From Atractiella rhizophila (lineage: Eukaryota), in the NCBI GenBank assembly GCA_021432655.1, contig MU271479.1:1-48871 (forward strand): 48,871 bases of DNA. The letters are read 5' to 3'. The number at the start of each line of letters is the position of its first letter. Position 1 is the first letter of the stretch. The notes beneath the pieces were generated by a model. The model was given only the letters and a program-made list of their open reading frames with translations. It had not been told where the DNA came from and made no database searches. The position numbers and the translations under genes were made by a program. Of this stretch, positions 24,924 through 38,237 are shown one piece after another.

Positions 24924-26718
24924 ATGACGATAAAGACTTTGACCATCCCTTACGCTTCTTCTGTCTCAGAAGAACTGAAGAGAGACCAATTTGGCATCCT
25001 GGTTGAAGGAATAGACCCTGCAAATCTGTCCGATGATGAATTCGCCGAGTGAGTGCTGCTTTCGCCCCAGACGACATGAGGAATTGTCACAGGAATTCAA
25101 GAGTACATTCACAGCATACAAATCATGCCATATGCTTTTACCGATTTACTTTACTGATTCAGACATTGATGGGGGTAAATTACAGGATCCGAGATTTGCT
25201 CTACAAGCATTCCCTTGTAGTATTCCGTGGAATCGACAGGAAGAACTGGGATCCAGCTGCTCAATACAAGCTAACGAAGATGTTTGATCCATCTTCTGAG
25301 TCTTATGGACATGGAAACAACAAGACTGGAGCTGAGTAAGGATTCGTCCACATAGCCAATTTATTCTCAAAACGGCACTTTTGCAGGACAAAGTCGATTC
25401 TTCATCCAGATCTCAAGACTATCCCTTCGCAACCACAAGTGCAATTGATTGGTAACGGCCAACATGATGACGAGTATGTCACCAGAGGCTTGCCGACGCC
25501 GGTCCCACTCAAGCACCCACACCATCGCACCTTCCACAAAGAGCCAGTGTCGCTAGAGGATGAGAAGGAAGGCATCACTAGGTTTTATAGGTGGTGAGCA
25601 CCCACAATCTGCCGATCTCGCGGGAGTGTTACTGAAAGTAGTCTGTGAACAGGCATATCGATGCAGCTCTCTATGGTCTTGATCCTCCAGTTGCGACAAC
25701 CCTGTTCGCGCTCTCAGTCCCTCAGGGCCCTAAGCAGAAATTACGTTATGATGGTGCGTGTCGCGTTATTTCTATCATTTTGCGGGAAGCCGAAGCTGAG
25801 GTCAGTGGTGTAGACGGAACAGGAGATGAACTTGAAGTCCCGTTGGGAACAACAGCCTGTGCGTCAAGCATTCCAGGCCGTACACCTCAAACTGAGGGGA
25901 GAACCCAGTTGTATCTGGCAAGAAGATGTTCGATATTCTCTCACCCGAGCAAAAATCATTTGCAGTTCGAGCGAAGGTGCAGTATGCGTAAGTCCTTCCG
26001 CCTCGGAAATTGAAGTCATATAAGTGAGAGGAATTTATCAGACCACACCCGTATGTGTGGATGTCGCCTGCTGCTGCTCTCTCGACTGGTCTCGGAATTC
26101 ACTCCGATGGGAAGGAGATGAAGCGAGAGGAGCTGCCTCCGTGGAGCGAAGACAAGATCAAGGTGTTCCCTGTTGTCCGTTTCTCTCCTGTACTACTCTA
26201 TCGTCAGCTAAAAGGGGGACAGACTTGGAAAAATCCTGTCACTGGTGACCTACATGTGCAGGTTCACCCGTGTGGAGCAGAGACAATTGTAAGTGAATTC
26301 ATTTAGCTAAACTAGTTGAATTGAAGGGAATGATCACAGTACGTGGATGCTATCCCGGAATCTTCACCTCTTTATGGAAAACCGGACCAACTCTACCCTG
26401 AAGGAGGTCACATCACTGATCTCAAGACCGTGCGTGAAATTCTTTACTCGATTCAACGTCCTGGAATTGCCCCTGGCGTGCGTTTGCTCCTGTTACACCT
26501 AGTCGTGATGCTAATCATGGAATTAACTGGCATCACAGCTCGTCTACGCGCACGACTGGCAAGAAGGTGACCTTTGCATTTTTCACAACCGTGGGGTTCT
26601 ACATACCGTTGTGGGAGCGTTCACACCTGAGCAAAAGAGAGCATTCTGGCAGTGCAATCTTGCTGCCTCTTATGCACCTGTCGGACCAGACGCTAACGAT
26701 GTCAAGAAGTACGCTTGA
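24924..26718 (+). CDS. xanA: Alpha-ketoglutarate-dependent xanthine dioxygenase (TauD/TfdA family)
   Basis: YGHGN, SILHPDLKTIPSQPQVQLIGNG, LKHPHHRTFHK, RFYRW|HIDAALY, WKNPVTGDLHVQVHPC, HDWQEGDLCIFHNRGVLHTVVG. Confidence 0.88.
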
Positions 26719-26829
26719 AGTCATCCAATTGGACGCGAAGCAATCAGCTCGCTGTTGTAATAACAATCACACTGAACATTGATTGGATTGAAATAACCTT
26801 TCGTACAAATACAAATTCAGAATAGCCCT

Positions 26830-27867
26830 TCAGAACTTCTCACTGGAAGGCCTTAGATCCAATTCAAGAGTCCAAGCTAGACGTTAAAACACGTAAGCCA
26901 TCGCCAATACACTTCCAGAAAGTGCTTACCAGATCTGTCCTGGTTGCGGAGGTACCAGTAGGACTCCGCTGATATACGGTGAGTATTTGATTAAACAGTA
27001 GGAGGCACTAATACTCACCAATGCTGTTGGGGTTCAAGAACTTGCTAGCATCCTCGAGGGCACCCTCAGCTTCCGTCCCTTTCACCCTTTCCCTCCTGAC
27101 ATCCGTCACAATCCCGCCATCAATGATGGTGTGAGCGACATGAATGTTCTGTGGCGCAAACTCGCGAGCAAGGCTCTGAGACAAGGCTCTGAGCCCGACT
27201 TTGCCTGCTGCAAACGCGCCGAATTTTGCTGCTCCTCGAATGCTTGCAGTCGCTCCCGTAATAAGGAGAGAGCCTCTGGAGCGAAGCTGATCCCCTGGAG
27301 CAACATCCCTGCGCTACGCGTCAACAAATGGGCGGGCAAAGGGAAGGACGGACGGAGCCTCGAAAAAGGCTTTGATGGATTCTTGTGCGAAGGCGGCTCC
27401 TATGACTCTGCGGCAAGCAAAGCGCCAGTTAGGAAACGCACGTAAGAACAATAGGAAGTAAACATACACATTCATATGAAGGCTATTCTGCAATTCCTGC
27501 TCCTTAAGGTCCAGGAACGATCCCATATGCCAAGCACCAACGTTATAAAGAGTGGCACGGATGTGGCTCCCTTGAAAGTGATTTTTGATTGCGGCGAAAG
27601 CATCTGAAATGGCAGACCAGCTGTATTCCTTCACAGGGAAAGCAGCAGCGTCTCCTCCGGCATTTCGCAGTTCTGATGCCGTGGCCTCGAGAGCCTCTGC
27701 GTTACGCGCTATCAAGGCGACACGATACCCTTGTTTCGCGAACAGGCGAGCTGTTGCTCCTCCCGTGCCAGAAGCATTTCCTACAAAGCCTCCCTCAGAC
27801 GTCTTGGCCGATTAAAAAGCGTCAACTAACCAACGCCAGCTACGACGAAAATAGGTCGAGATGCCAT
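26830..27867 (-). CDS. Short-chain dehydrogenase/reductase
   Basis: MASRPIFVVAGVG|NASGTGGATARLFAKQGYRVALIAR; TGATAAFG...SQSLAREF..QNIHVAHTIIDG; WTLELDLRP. Confidence 0.88.
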
Positions 27868-28458
27868 CTTCTTTCTACTCTTGTTGTTTTGATATTTAGA
27901 GAACTGTTTGAGGCAGCAGGATGATCTTACACTCTCACCGTTTCCGTTTTAAGAAGGCAGAGAGTGCTCTTCGTTATGACTGTAAGCAATGGTGTCAGCT
28001 CGGTGGTCACCGGTGACGCTTTGTCAGCCATCAATCACGAAGTGGCAATTGGACTCGTAGCCAACCAGTGCCTGCTGAGTATGAATGAAGGCATCGAACC
28101 AACAAACCGCACGCTCAGCGGGGCTGGTCGATTTCAAGTTGGGCTGCCATATCCGAGCTCATCATCACGATGATGGAAGTCCTCAACACACCGCTCAACG
28201 CGTTGACAAAGATGAAGAGGCGTGCAGCGATATCATTCGCCTCTTGGAATTGCACCTCATCTTGGCTCCAGTTGAAGAAACATTGTGCCTGTAGCCTGAC
28301 AGACGCACGCGCCTAGCCTCGCTATCTGTTTGGAATCATCTCCGTCCTTTACCGGGCTGCCGATTCCGCGGATGGGCATGGAGTTGGTGATCCGGAGGAT
28401 ATATGACGAAAGGGGGAGTATAAACAGACTCGAATGAGTAAGGATTGTAATGTCAAAC

Positions 28459-30143
28459 TCAGCTGGGATACCAGTCCCAATCCACTGATCCTTTCTACAT
28501 GAGCGCACCGCACCGGTATGTCAGCGGTTCCAAAGGAAACGAAGGAAGGGCGAGGATGACATACGAAATCGAGGTCCACATACATATTTTCCTCAAAACT
28601 CCTGTCCCATCCCAACATGAAGGGCATGAAACGGCATATGTTTGAGCTCTGAACGCAGACCACGGCCAACGGTTTATGATCGTCGCTTCTCCTCCCCCAT
28701 CCTCCGCCCAGCATCGCCATATCCACAATAGCGCCGCGCGTCAGCTCCCTCCTCTGATACTGAGTGAGTTCGTTGAATTCGGCTTGAGAGTACGGTGAAG
28801 GGGAGGAGATGCGCCTGAGCGCTGCATGATCGGATTGGAAAAGGCTGTATGTCTGCCAGGTCTTCGGGAAGATAGAGAGAAAGTGGAGGACATCTGAGGG
28901 AGAGTCGGACGCGATATAGAGGTTTGGAAGGGGAGGGATGGGGAGGGGGGCATATCCAGCTATAACTCGTTTCCAAGTATCGATTATTCCATCCATGAAG
29001 TCCTCAGCTGGAATGTAATCGTTCCGGTGCCTTTGCACAACATAAGTTCATCTTATGATCATCAGAAGAAGAAAGACCTACCACCAGCTACGTGGGTGTC
29101 GATCCCCTCTCCGAATATGCACTCCAAGGTGAGGGACGACCTCTCCATCTTCGCCTCTGAGTTCCTCCAGCGCAAGGTCGATGAGCCTCTGATTTTCCTC
29201 GCTCGGTATGAAGAGTTCATGCACGGCCTCGATCGCCATATCAAAGAATGGGCGTTTCCTATCAACACCATGCCCCTTGGCATATTCGAGCTGCTCGTAG
29301 TCGTGTCCGAAATGAAACCCGCGCGTTGCAGGCATCACGACCTGCGAAGGCCAATCAGCCTTGCATACGACGGTGCGAGGTACATACCCAATGTTTAGCT
29401 GTCCTCGGACAAGCTTTCAAATCTTCAGCAGGCGGAGGTGCACAATCATCCGCATTTTTCCACGGCATAAAATGGTCCTCCCATTTCCCCCTATCCCAGC
29501 CTTCATCCTGGATGAAAAATGGTTTCCCCACACTCTTCGCCAAACCCCAAGCCTGGGCTATCAGCTGGAGATGGAACGCCAATCCTATGCCAGGCGTAAG
29601 GAGGTAGGAGATGGATGCGTCGCATATACGTTTTCCTGTTGCGGTGTCAATTCGAACTCCATCTACTAAGTCCTCTTCATCCTCGTGGTGCTGGTGAGAT
29701 GGTGAAAGTCTCTCCCCCCAATACCCACCCCCGTGTCGATGCTCCATCTCCATACACTCTCCAAGATAATCCTCCTGCTCTACCGCCCACTTCCCTGCCT
29801 CTAACACCTCCAAGTCGTCAACCCCAATCAGCTTATCGCTCTCCTTTCCCGCCCCTATACTACCCATCCCTCCTCCTGAAAGCAACGCGAAAAAGCCAAA
29901 AAGAGTAACGGCGAACAAAAGCATGCAAAAGACCGTGCGTGCCGATATTCGTGAAGGGTTTCGATATGGACCATCTTGGAAATGCATGCGGTTGGGGCTT
30001 CCTGGCGGGGAGGGACGAGGGGAGGGAGGTTGAAGAGAGGGCGAGCGTGGGACAGGGAGGTAGTCCGGTCCTGGAGGCGTTGTTTGGATGTTTTGGGGGA
30101 AGTGCGCTCGCCGTGGCGTGAGACCGCCTGCACGCTTGGACAT
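28459..30143 (-). CDS. Type II membrane glycosyltransferase, GT23/alpha-1,6-fucosyltransferase-like
   Basis: Single N-terminal TM segment. Motifs GVHIRRGD, LYIASDSP and VDMAML..VVCVQSSNICR resemble fucosyltransferase motifs I-III. Confidence 0.6.
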
Positions 30144-30513
30144 GTTGACTGATTTAACTCTACCGGAGAGTGAAGAACAAAAATTTGACGATGTTGGCTG
30201 CTAGCAGATGCATGTAAGTTTCCAATTGAGGCTGAGTATCAGCTTTTGTGAAATGGCCACCCAACAGAACGTACACTTTGTGCCTTCAGAAAGCCCGCTC
30301 AATCAACCCCAATCTTAAAGTCCACCTGCTGGCCGCAACGCTGCTTCTTGAATTCCCAACACGTCGATAATGCGAATGGAATGCAAGCTCCGTCCGGATG
30401 TTTGACAAATTCTGCTATTGCAACATTAATTATCCGAACTCAGCTCACGAAAGAACCACCATCACCTTACAGTAGCCAATAAAACTTGTTGACAGCGCCA
30501 GCAACACCACAAA

Positions 30514-30879
30514 ATGCTTTCCCGCGCCGCCCGTCCATCCCTCTCTCGCTCTCTCACTCACTCTCAATCTTTGAAGGCCCAAGTTCGGAGGATGCACTTT
30601 GAGAATAAGGTCTACGATGTGCGTCCCTTATTCCCTAATGCTTAAAGAAAAGGATGTGTATGAGTCTGATTTACCCATTATTACGGAATAGAACATGCCA
30701 TTCCGGTATCATAACAAGGCCGGTTTCGCCTTTAAATACTTCACATTTATCTCAGTCGGCTTCTTGGCGCCATTCTGGGTTGCCTACTATCATGTGTATG
30801 TTTCTTCTTTCCAATGCATTTTCCTGCTTGAACGAGGAACTGAAGTGATTTGGGTATGAATAGGAAAAAGTCATCCTAG
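30514..30879 (+). CDS. COX7C: Cytochrome c oxidase subunit VIIc (COX7C / yeast Cox8)
   Basis: MLSRAARPSLSRSL...RRMHFENKVYD|NMPFRYHNKAGFAFKYFTFISVGFLAPFWVAYYHV|KKSS*; absent from the ORF track because of splicing. Confidence 0.82.
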
Positions 30880-31750
30880 TTGCTCAAATGGGGGAGAGAG
30901 AAAATCACATATAAAGTGGAATGGAATGTGCTTTGAGACATTAATCAATTGGGAACTTGTGAGTTTCCGATAGATGTAAAAGGGTTTCCGAGTGCCTTTG
31001 GGTGTCTATCCTCGAACCGCCTCTGCCCTCCTTCAAGAGTAACCCAGAAGTTGTAACTTATTTCAATAACTCCTATCCGGGCATGAATACCCGGTTCTGA
31101 CTTGCGCACCGTTCTGTACCGTCCATCTCCTGTTTATGTGAAGGAGGGAGAAGAATGAGGTTGCTGCCTGTGACTGGTAATCCCGAGCACATTCCGATGG
31201 CGTGGCGTTGTGTCCTACCCTCCAGCGACAGGGTCATCTCTGAGTTCCTCGACATTTCATAAATGGTTGTAACTCCTCTTACATAGGGACATACAAACAA
31301 GCCAAATATGTCATGTTGAGAGATTGGAGATGCAATGCAGAATCAAATTAGCCAGTTCGGATTAAAATGATGGCGGTTTCTTGTCCATGTTTTCCTCCAA
31401 ACAGTCCTTGTAGAGCAATGGCTCTCAATGTCAGTCTAGGAAGTCCATGAAAAACGGTCGCCCTTGCATATTGTACGCTGTAAGAGTTGTATTCATAGCT
31501 CCTCCAGAATGCAGTCAATCAGGCAGTTTGGAACGCAAGGGAAACATCGACCGAAACTACTTCTATGACGGCTTTACAGCTAGTCAGTTACTTTATGGAC
31601 GAATATGTGTTTCTAGCTTCTAGGACAATGTAGCTGTTGCTGGGCTTGGCTGTGGAGGTCCAGCACGTGAGGCATTTCTCTCGCGTCACGCGCTGCCACT
31701 GGAAAAGTAACTTTTTACAACTCGAAAACGAGGAACACGACAGTTTGGAC

Positions 31751-34700
31751 ATGGATTATCAGTCTCTCCATAATCGACGCCTAATACATTCTCACGGTCT
31801 GAGGCACGGCTTATTCGCAGCTCTCCCAACGCCAGCTCCTCCTGCACCACTTCCGCACCTTGAGAAGGTTCCAAAGGAAGCACTACTAAAACAACTAGAG
31901 TCTCTCGTCATCTCCCAAGGTGGTTCAGAATGGTCCCCTCACAGCGGATTACGCGCGAAAATGAAATGGAAAATATATAGTGAGGAGGGTGAGAAAGTAA
32001 AGGAGGCAATGGAGCGCGTTTTTGGTCGAAAATGGCTTCAAGAGGAGGAGGAGGATGATTTCCTGCCTCGTATGCATTTCTACATGAGAGTGGATGGGTA
32101 ATCAGATTGGAGTGGTAGCTCTGAGACGAGAGAAGATCTCATTTACGGAGGATGATGACTATATTCTTCCACGCTTTCGAAAGCCCAAGAAACGGCCCCT
32201 CGTAGTTCCTCCACCGCCACCGTTCCAGACTTCCCCTTTGCCCTTTTCACCTCCAGCTTTAGAGAAGCCGGCAGACATCTTACGGGAAATGACGTAAATC
32301 GTCTCTTGTTCTGATGGTACAAATCTAAGTCTTCATGCGTTTGGTTCCAGGAAGAAACGCGCGAAGCGCGAACACATCGCTGCCCTCAAAGCAGCCATTT
32401 CGACGCTCCATCGACCTCCTTCCCCCTCACCTCCTCCTTCTCCGCTACCTGACATCTCGCGCACTCCGACCTCACTTTTTGATCTCCAGTGCGAGAAGCC
32501 AATCTTCGTGCGACCGTCACTCTCCAAGGTCGAGCGCTTTCGGGAAGCGGCCATTATGACAGCGATAAAGGAGATGAAAAGAAATAAATTAGAGCATAGG
32601 GCAGAGAAAGGAGTTGCTATGGAAGTGCTGAATGAGTTTGGTGCGTCTGGTCACTGAAAGAAAGATGATCTCACGGTGGAAATAGAGGGTTTGACGCTAC
32701 TCAAAGAGTGGGAAGGGATGAACATGGAGGAAATATGCGGGAAAGTGGAAGGATGGGACGATGACACGTTTGAGCTGCCTGAGAGACTGATTGACGATGT
32801 AGAAAGCTTGTTCGAAGGTTCGGATTGTGGAGCAGGGGGAGATGGAGTCGTCGGAGAGAGGATAACTATGTGCTCAGACGACGGTACGATGAAGGATGCT
32901 GCAGGTACCGACCGTGCCAAATTGGATTCGAATACATCGAAACTGACGATGACCGGTACGTCGCTTCACCTATCCCATTTCCCTTTCACAATCTTTATAC
33001 GAGTCTCTTGTGATCTGTAATAGGGGACATAGAAGAGGCATCGGAGAGCGGAACGTGCAGGAAGCAGGAGCTACGGTCAGGTAGGCCATTTATTCCGCTT
33101 TTCAAACGGCGAGCATCATCCTCAACTAAGTATCTCATAGATTGTCACGCAAACGACGATGAAGGTCAGTATAATGCATGAGCTTGATAGGTGCTGATGC
33201 TACGCTCCAGCGAACTTACCTTCCCATAGCGCGCAGACGAACTGGCCACATGGTAGTTTTCCTCATAATCCTAACACTACATCAACAGATTTCGCGACCT
33301 CTTCTCCGGCAGAAGTAGAGGAACGTACGAAGTCGAAATCGGCTGATCGGCCGCTCTTCCTGCCTAACTCTACGCCATCCATTCATTCCAGCCCTACTAG
33401 GAGGGAATCCCCCCAACTGTCCGATGAGACAACGTCGAGAACTGTTGTGCACCCTCCATTCCCACCCCCACCGTGCGTTGAACTAGTCAAATGGAGCGAC
33501 CGAGTGATCCCGCTCGATATGGAAAAGGAGGATGCTCCTCTGCCGATGGGCAACGAAGAACTATACGAGGATGTCGAGTTAAAAGACTGTCGATTCGATG
33601 AGGATGAAGAAGATTTCGATGAGTTAGGCGAATTCCCCATGGGTTTGAACTCTGTGCCAGAAGAGGCAGGGCAGACGGATACAGTGATGATATGGCATAG
33701 TGTGAAAGACGAAGAGGTGGATTGGTTTGGTGTAAAAGAAGAAGAGGAGATGGATGAGTTGAGCAGCGATACGGAGGAGGATCCATTAGGTCTGCCCGTT
33801 GAATCTCAGTCGATCCGAGCCGAAGGAGCGGAGGGAGAACACCCGCCTGTGCCACAGGTAGATGAGGCATGGTTTTCTCCCATGTCCCTAGAACCCACCG
33901 AGGACCCTTGGCGGCTGGAAGAGGATTTGGGGATGCTTCCTTCAGGCATGGAGCTTGAGAATGTTCTGCAGAGTGTGGAGGGAGAAGGCCATGATGATCG
34001 GAGTACACCGTCAAAACCAATCATGGAGCTCGAGAATATTATGGATTCGGCGGCTCCAAACACTGTGGCTCGACGCGTGTCAGAATGTAAAATGTCGAGA
34101 AGGACGTTGGACAAGCTCATCCCTCGTCAACAGGTAGACAATGGGATCAAGGAGAGGCTTGCCAAGTATGAGTCGATGGACGAAGAACGGTCAAACGGAT
34201 TGGACAGCTTCCTACGTATTCGTGGCCAGACAGTCGCAACGAATAAGAGGCAAGTTGCCGTTCACCCTTTGCCAGAGCTACCCAATACTTCGAATGAAGG
34301 ACGTAGCCCGTCTCCCGAGCCAAGTGGCTCTCTTGACGTTGTTCAAGTGGTCTGCCCTCCTCATCTCCTGCAGGACATACGCCGGAGTATGGTACTGAAG
34401 AAGTGGAATTTGGACCTTGTCGAGCGTCATGGTGGGGTTCTCGACTACCTCATCGTCGACGGGACAAGCTGTGTCATTTTTTATCCTTTGATTTCGATCG
34501 ATGAGGTCGAAAAGGCAGACCTGTTCATGGATCGCCTTTCTGCGTTCAGTCACGCTTTCGACACGATATTGATCGTCTTCGAAGCCCTCGACTCGAGGAG
34601 AAACCGCTCGGACATGTGGGTCGATACACAGTTGAGAGAAAGGCTGGAGAGCGAACTGGGAGAAATGTGTCTCCAGCTGGATTTCTCAGCGAGTCTCAAG

Positions 34701-35223
34701 TATTCGGCTGCGCTGGCGAGAGCATTTGTTGACAGACGGATGGGAGAAGGTCGAAGACGGGGTGATTATATGTGGACTTCTGAGAGGAGTTGGTTGAAGG
34801 ACGAAGCCTCAGAGGTGAGTCTCACATATCTCTGAAACTTCAATGGATCTTGAGAACTGAATCCGGTCACAGGACGAAACCCATTTACTTCAAATTCCAT
34901 ACTTCAATCCCCTTAATGCCGCCTTCATTTGCTCACAGTACTCGATCGACGATATGATCGCAATGAGTGCACGGCAACGGAAGGAACTATGTCCGCCTTC
35001 CATATGCTTGTCAAAAGCGGTAGAAGAGATGAACGAGCGACTGGGAAGAGATGTAGACGATATCCTTCTCGAGGGAAGCATAGGGAACGAGGTATCTTCA
35101 TCAAAGGCACGTCTTGATGAATGGACGCACCAGTGTTGTCGAGAAGACGACGCCGACGAGATTGAGATTGAGACCGGTTTTGATTATGATTTCACGATAC
35201 CAGAAGTGTCCGAGGAGTCGTGA
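31751..35223 (+). CDS. Large acidic protein with C-terminal XPF/ERCC4-like and HhH region, Zip2/SHOC1-like; start uncertain
   Basis: LDLVERHGGVLDYLIVDGTSCVIFYPL, AFDTILIVFE, WLKDEASE|DETHLLQIPYFNPLNAAFIC resemble the SHOC1/Zip2 C-terminus. Confidence 0.55.
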
Positions 35224-36229
35224 CATGATGAAGACAGCTGGTCGCTCGGTGCTGAGAAGACGTACTGTTTTGTGTTGTTGTAAGAGTTTAACCTTCGTAT
35301 GCTTTGCAGTTTTGGTCATCCAAGTAACACATTTATGACCCTCTTCGAATATTGTTACAACACAAATTTAAGTGAGTTCTGCTCCTGCGACAGCAAGAAG
35401 ATCGTTGTCACCCATCAAGATGTTAAAACATGATACAATGACGAAAAGTCAGAAGTGTGGGCAATTCTAATTTTGTGTGGTGAAAAGGAAGCTCTCATCT
35501 ATGCATCAATACAACACAGGGTCAAGCAGAGAAGCAATGGAGCAGTGATATCAAGGACGATCAAACTTGCTCCTGAAATATTTGAGCGCGTTCAGAACTG
35601 ATCTTGGAAGTCCTTGGGGCTTCAGACAGAACACAAAACAATGCAAATGAACTTGGCTGCGCGCAATCCTGTTCGCTTCACGCGACGCTTTTGAGAGAAG
35701 AAACAGAGACCACAGACACATTCTATTGAAACCGATAACCAGAATATGAAATACGACTAACACACCTTGCTACACAACAACAGGTTGCTTATTGAAATTG
35801 AGACAAGAACAAACTGAAACCAGAAACCGGAAATCAAGAAAGAAATTGAAACCAAGAGACGAATTCACCAGAGAAATACGAAGGAAACAATACAGCGACC
35901 ATAAACAAACATATAGACAGAAACTAATCTTCCTCAAAAGAAATCGAAACGCCGAACCGAAAACTAGTCACACCACAAGGTACGAGGGTTTGGATAATCT
36001 TCAAGGTGGTGCGGTCCACTCCTTCGATGGACACGTCGAGACCAGAAGCTTCTGCCGTCAGGATCTTCAGGTTTTGCAGGGGTAACGCGGATCGTCTTAA
36101 TATGCTCGAGACCTTCTTGACGAAACGAAAGACCGGCTTCTCAGTCTTGAATATCTCGAACGTAGCTAACCGTCGTCCCCTCAAAAGGAGGGTGAGATCC
36201 GAACCCAACCCAGGATTGAACACGAGAAT

Positions 36230-36902
36230 CTACACTAACCTCCGATCGGTGATGACCCTGCAAATGCACCCAGTGCCGGCGACGTCCACCAGCTCCTTAT
36301 GCCAGCTCAGCAGCAGGGCAGGGTTGATCTCTTCGGGGTAAGCAAAGCCTGTCCATTCACCACCCAGTTGTCAGTATGTGCCGGACGAGGAAGATGTTTG
36401 CGTTTGCGCACCTTTGTAAATGTATTTCATGAGATTATCCTGTGCTTGTCGAGGAAGCGCTTGGAGGAGTTGGGCGGCGGGTTTGGTGGATGAGAGGACT
36501 TGGACGAGGGAGTTGAGGTTCAGCATCTGTCGTCCCTTTCACTTTCACTCTCACTCTCACGTTCTAAGAGATAGAGCGCACCTTGGCTTCATCTACTCCC
36601 TCTCCGTATGGTGGAGAATCCAATACAGTCGCAAGAGCACCACCAAAGTCGCCTCTGCGCTCCCAAACAAAACACACAAATCAGCTCTCACATCGACAAA
36701 CCAACCAAGCGCTGCAGACCCAACCAGGAATGCAAGGCAGAACATACCTGGTTATGAGTCCCCGGACATCTCCTGCCTTCTGCCTCGAGAGGGCAAGCAC
36801 CTCATCTGGAGCACGAGGATCGGGTTCGTACAGCTCCGAGGGGAGGACGCGATCCTCATCGAAGGCGTCGATGTCGATTTTTCGGAATGAGCCGTCTGCC
36901 AT
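36230..36902 (-). CDS. ARPC5: Arp2/3 complex subunit 5 (ARPC5/Arc15), copy 1, intact
   Basis: FRKIDIDAFDED, LDSPPYG, QDNLMKYIYKG|FAY, LLSWHKELVDVAGTGCICRVITDRRLV*. Confidence 0.92.
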
Positions 36903-37593
36903 CGTTCTTGTGATGCTCTGTGATGCTCTTGGATGTGGATTGGTATTGCTGCTGATTCGCTGCCTGTAATTGTAACTGGCTGGGATGAGTGCTGATCAGA
37001 AGGAAACTACGGATGGAAGGAGTAAAGTGAACGACCAAGCCAAACCTCACTCCTTCTACATATACTAGTCACCCCCCACAGAGAAGCATCAACGTTCCTG
37101 CGAGCACTTGTCGTACTCTCACAGGCAGCAGGTCTAGTTTATTGCTCTGATTATCACTGGGCGAAGCAGCGACAATCCACTAGCAAGACCGTCCAACGCG
37201 TCACGTCACACGAGGTTTAACGATTCTTTTCTTTTCTGAGGAAGGCCAGCATCGACGCTCCCAGGACAGAGAGAACTTGAGCAAGATGGACAATAAACAC
37301 CTGCACAAGGCGTTGAATCGCAACTCGATGTACGAATTCGCCTCTCCAGACCTCGCTTCGTCGTCAGGTTCCCCAACTGGAAGCGTGGCGGCTGGAGGAA
37401 TGATAGGGACGACGAAAACGCACTCGAGACTCTCATCCCTGTCCAAACTCGCCTCTCCCCTCTCGCTCAAGTCTTCAGCCTCCGCCGTGTTATCCACCTC
37501 GACCGCAAATCCAAATTCGACCCAGGAGCCAGCATCAGCGGCTGACAGTCAAGTGACCACCCCTACCAACGCGGCTGGAGCCAGGGATGAACC
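36384..37593. repeat. ~1.2 kb direct duplication, copy 1 (partner 42185-43387)
   Basis: Colinear with 42185-43387, with many substitutions and small indels. Similarity stops abruptly after gccagggatgaacc. Confidence 0.95.
37286..37593 (+). pseudogene. Truncated 5' fragment of the GRAM/VASt gene
   Basis: MDNKHLHKALNRNS...AAGARDEP is near-identical to 43080-43387, then joins unrelated sequence. Confidence 0.75.
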
Positions 37594-38237
37594 ATGCAAG
37601 ATCGCAGGGCCACAACAACAATCTCGAAAAGGGTGGAGTTAACCCATAGAAGGTCCGCCAACTCTTTCCAGAGTTGGACGTCCACTTCTTCGCCCTTATT
37701 GGAGGCGACCTCGCAATTGAGGACCTTAGAGGGTACTGCGACGCATCGCTGCTCCGAAACGAGGCAAGACTGGGACTGGATCGACGAGACATTGAGAGGA
37801 AGAGGATCGACAATCAACTCAGTCTTCGAAGCGGGAGGAGGATTCGAGGTTATGGGACGAGGAGATGGAGAGAACAGCGATGAGATCGTCTTGACCGTCG
37901 CGGAGAACTTGGAGGCAATACGATCTCGCGAACATCTTAAGGCAGGAGCGGGAGAGGTCAAGATAGGAGAAGCGTTCTTCACAGAAGAACGCATCAGTCA
38001 CTGCAAGGAGAAGAGAAGTTACATTGCAAGACGAACCACGCTGTTGCTCGCTGGAGCAGCGCGGCATCGATTGTGGAGGATGATGACTTCGGGATGTTCA
38101 TTCTCGCGTGGGATGAAAGGGATAGAGTCGAAGCCCTCGCTTTGGATGGAGTCGACAACGCTTGTTGCTACGCAGGTTCGAGCGGGGGAGAGGAGCCTTG
38201 CAGCTGGAGAGGAGAAGCGCGACGATTTGGCGGTCAT
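37594..38237 (-). CDS. 5' fragment of an unknown two-exon gene, truncated at the duplication breakpoint
   Basis: MTAKSSRF...PASNSV, then a 60-nt GTTCGT..CTGAT..AAG intron, then an open frame NASPIL...VALRSCM that runs into the duplicated segment. Confidence 0.45.

Noticed and set aside
24924..30143. xanA, SDR and glycosyltransferase as a biosynthetic cluster
   Set aside because: There is no backbone synthase, transporter or regulator, and xanA is a purine catabolism gene.
35740..36223. A-rich tract and short ORFs downstream of ARPC5
   Set aside because: Consistent with a T-rich 3' UTR or terminator region; the ORFs lack ATG starts and recognisable motifs.
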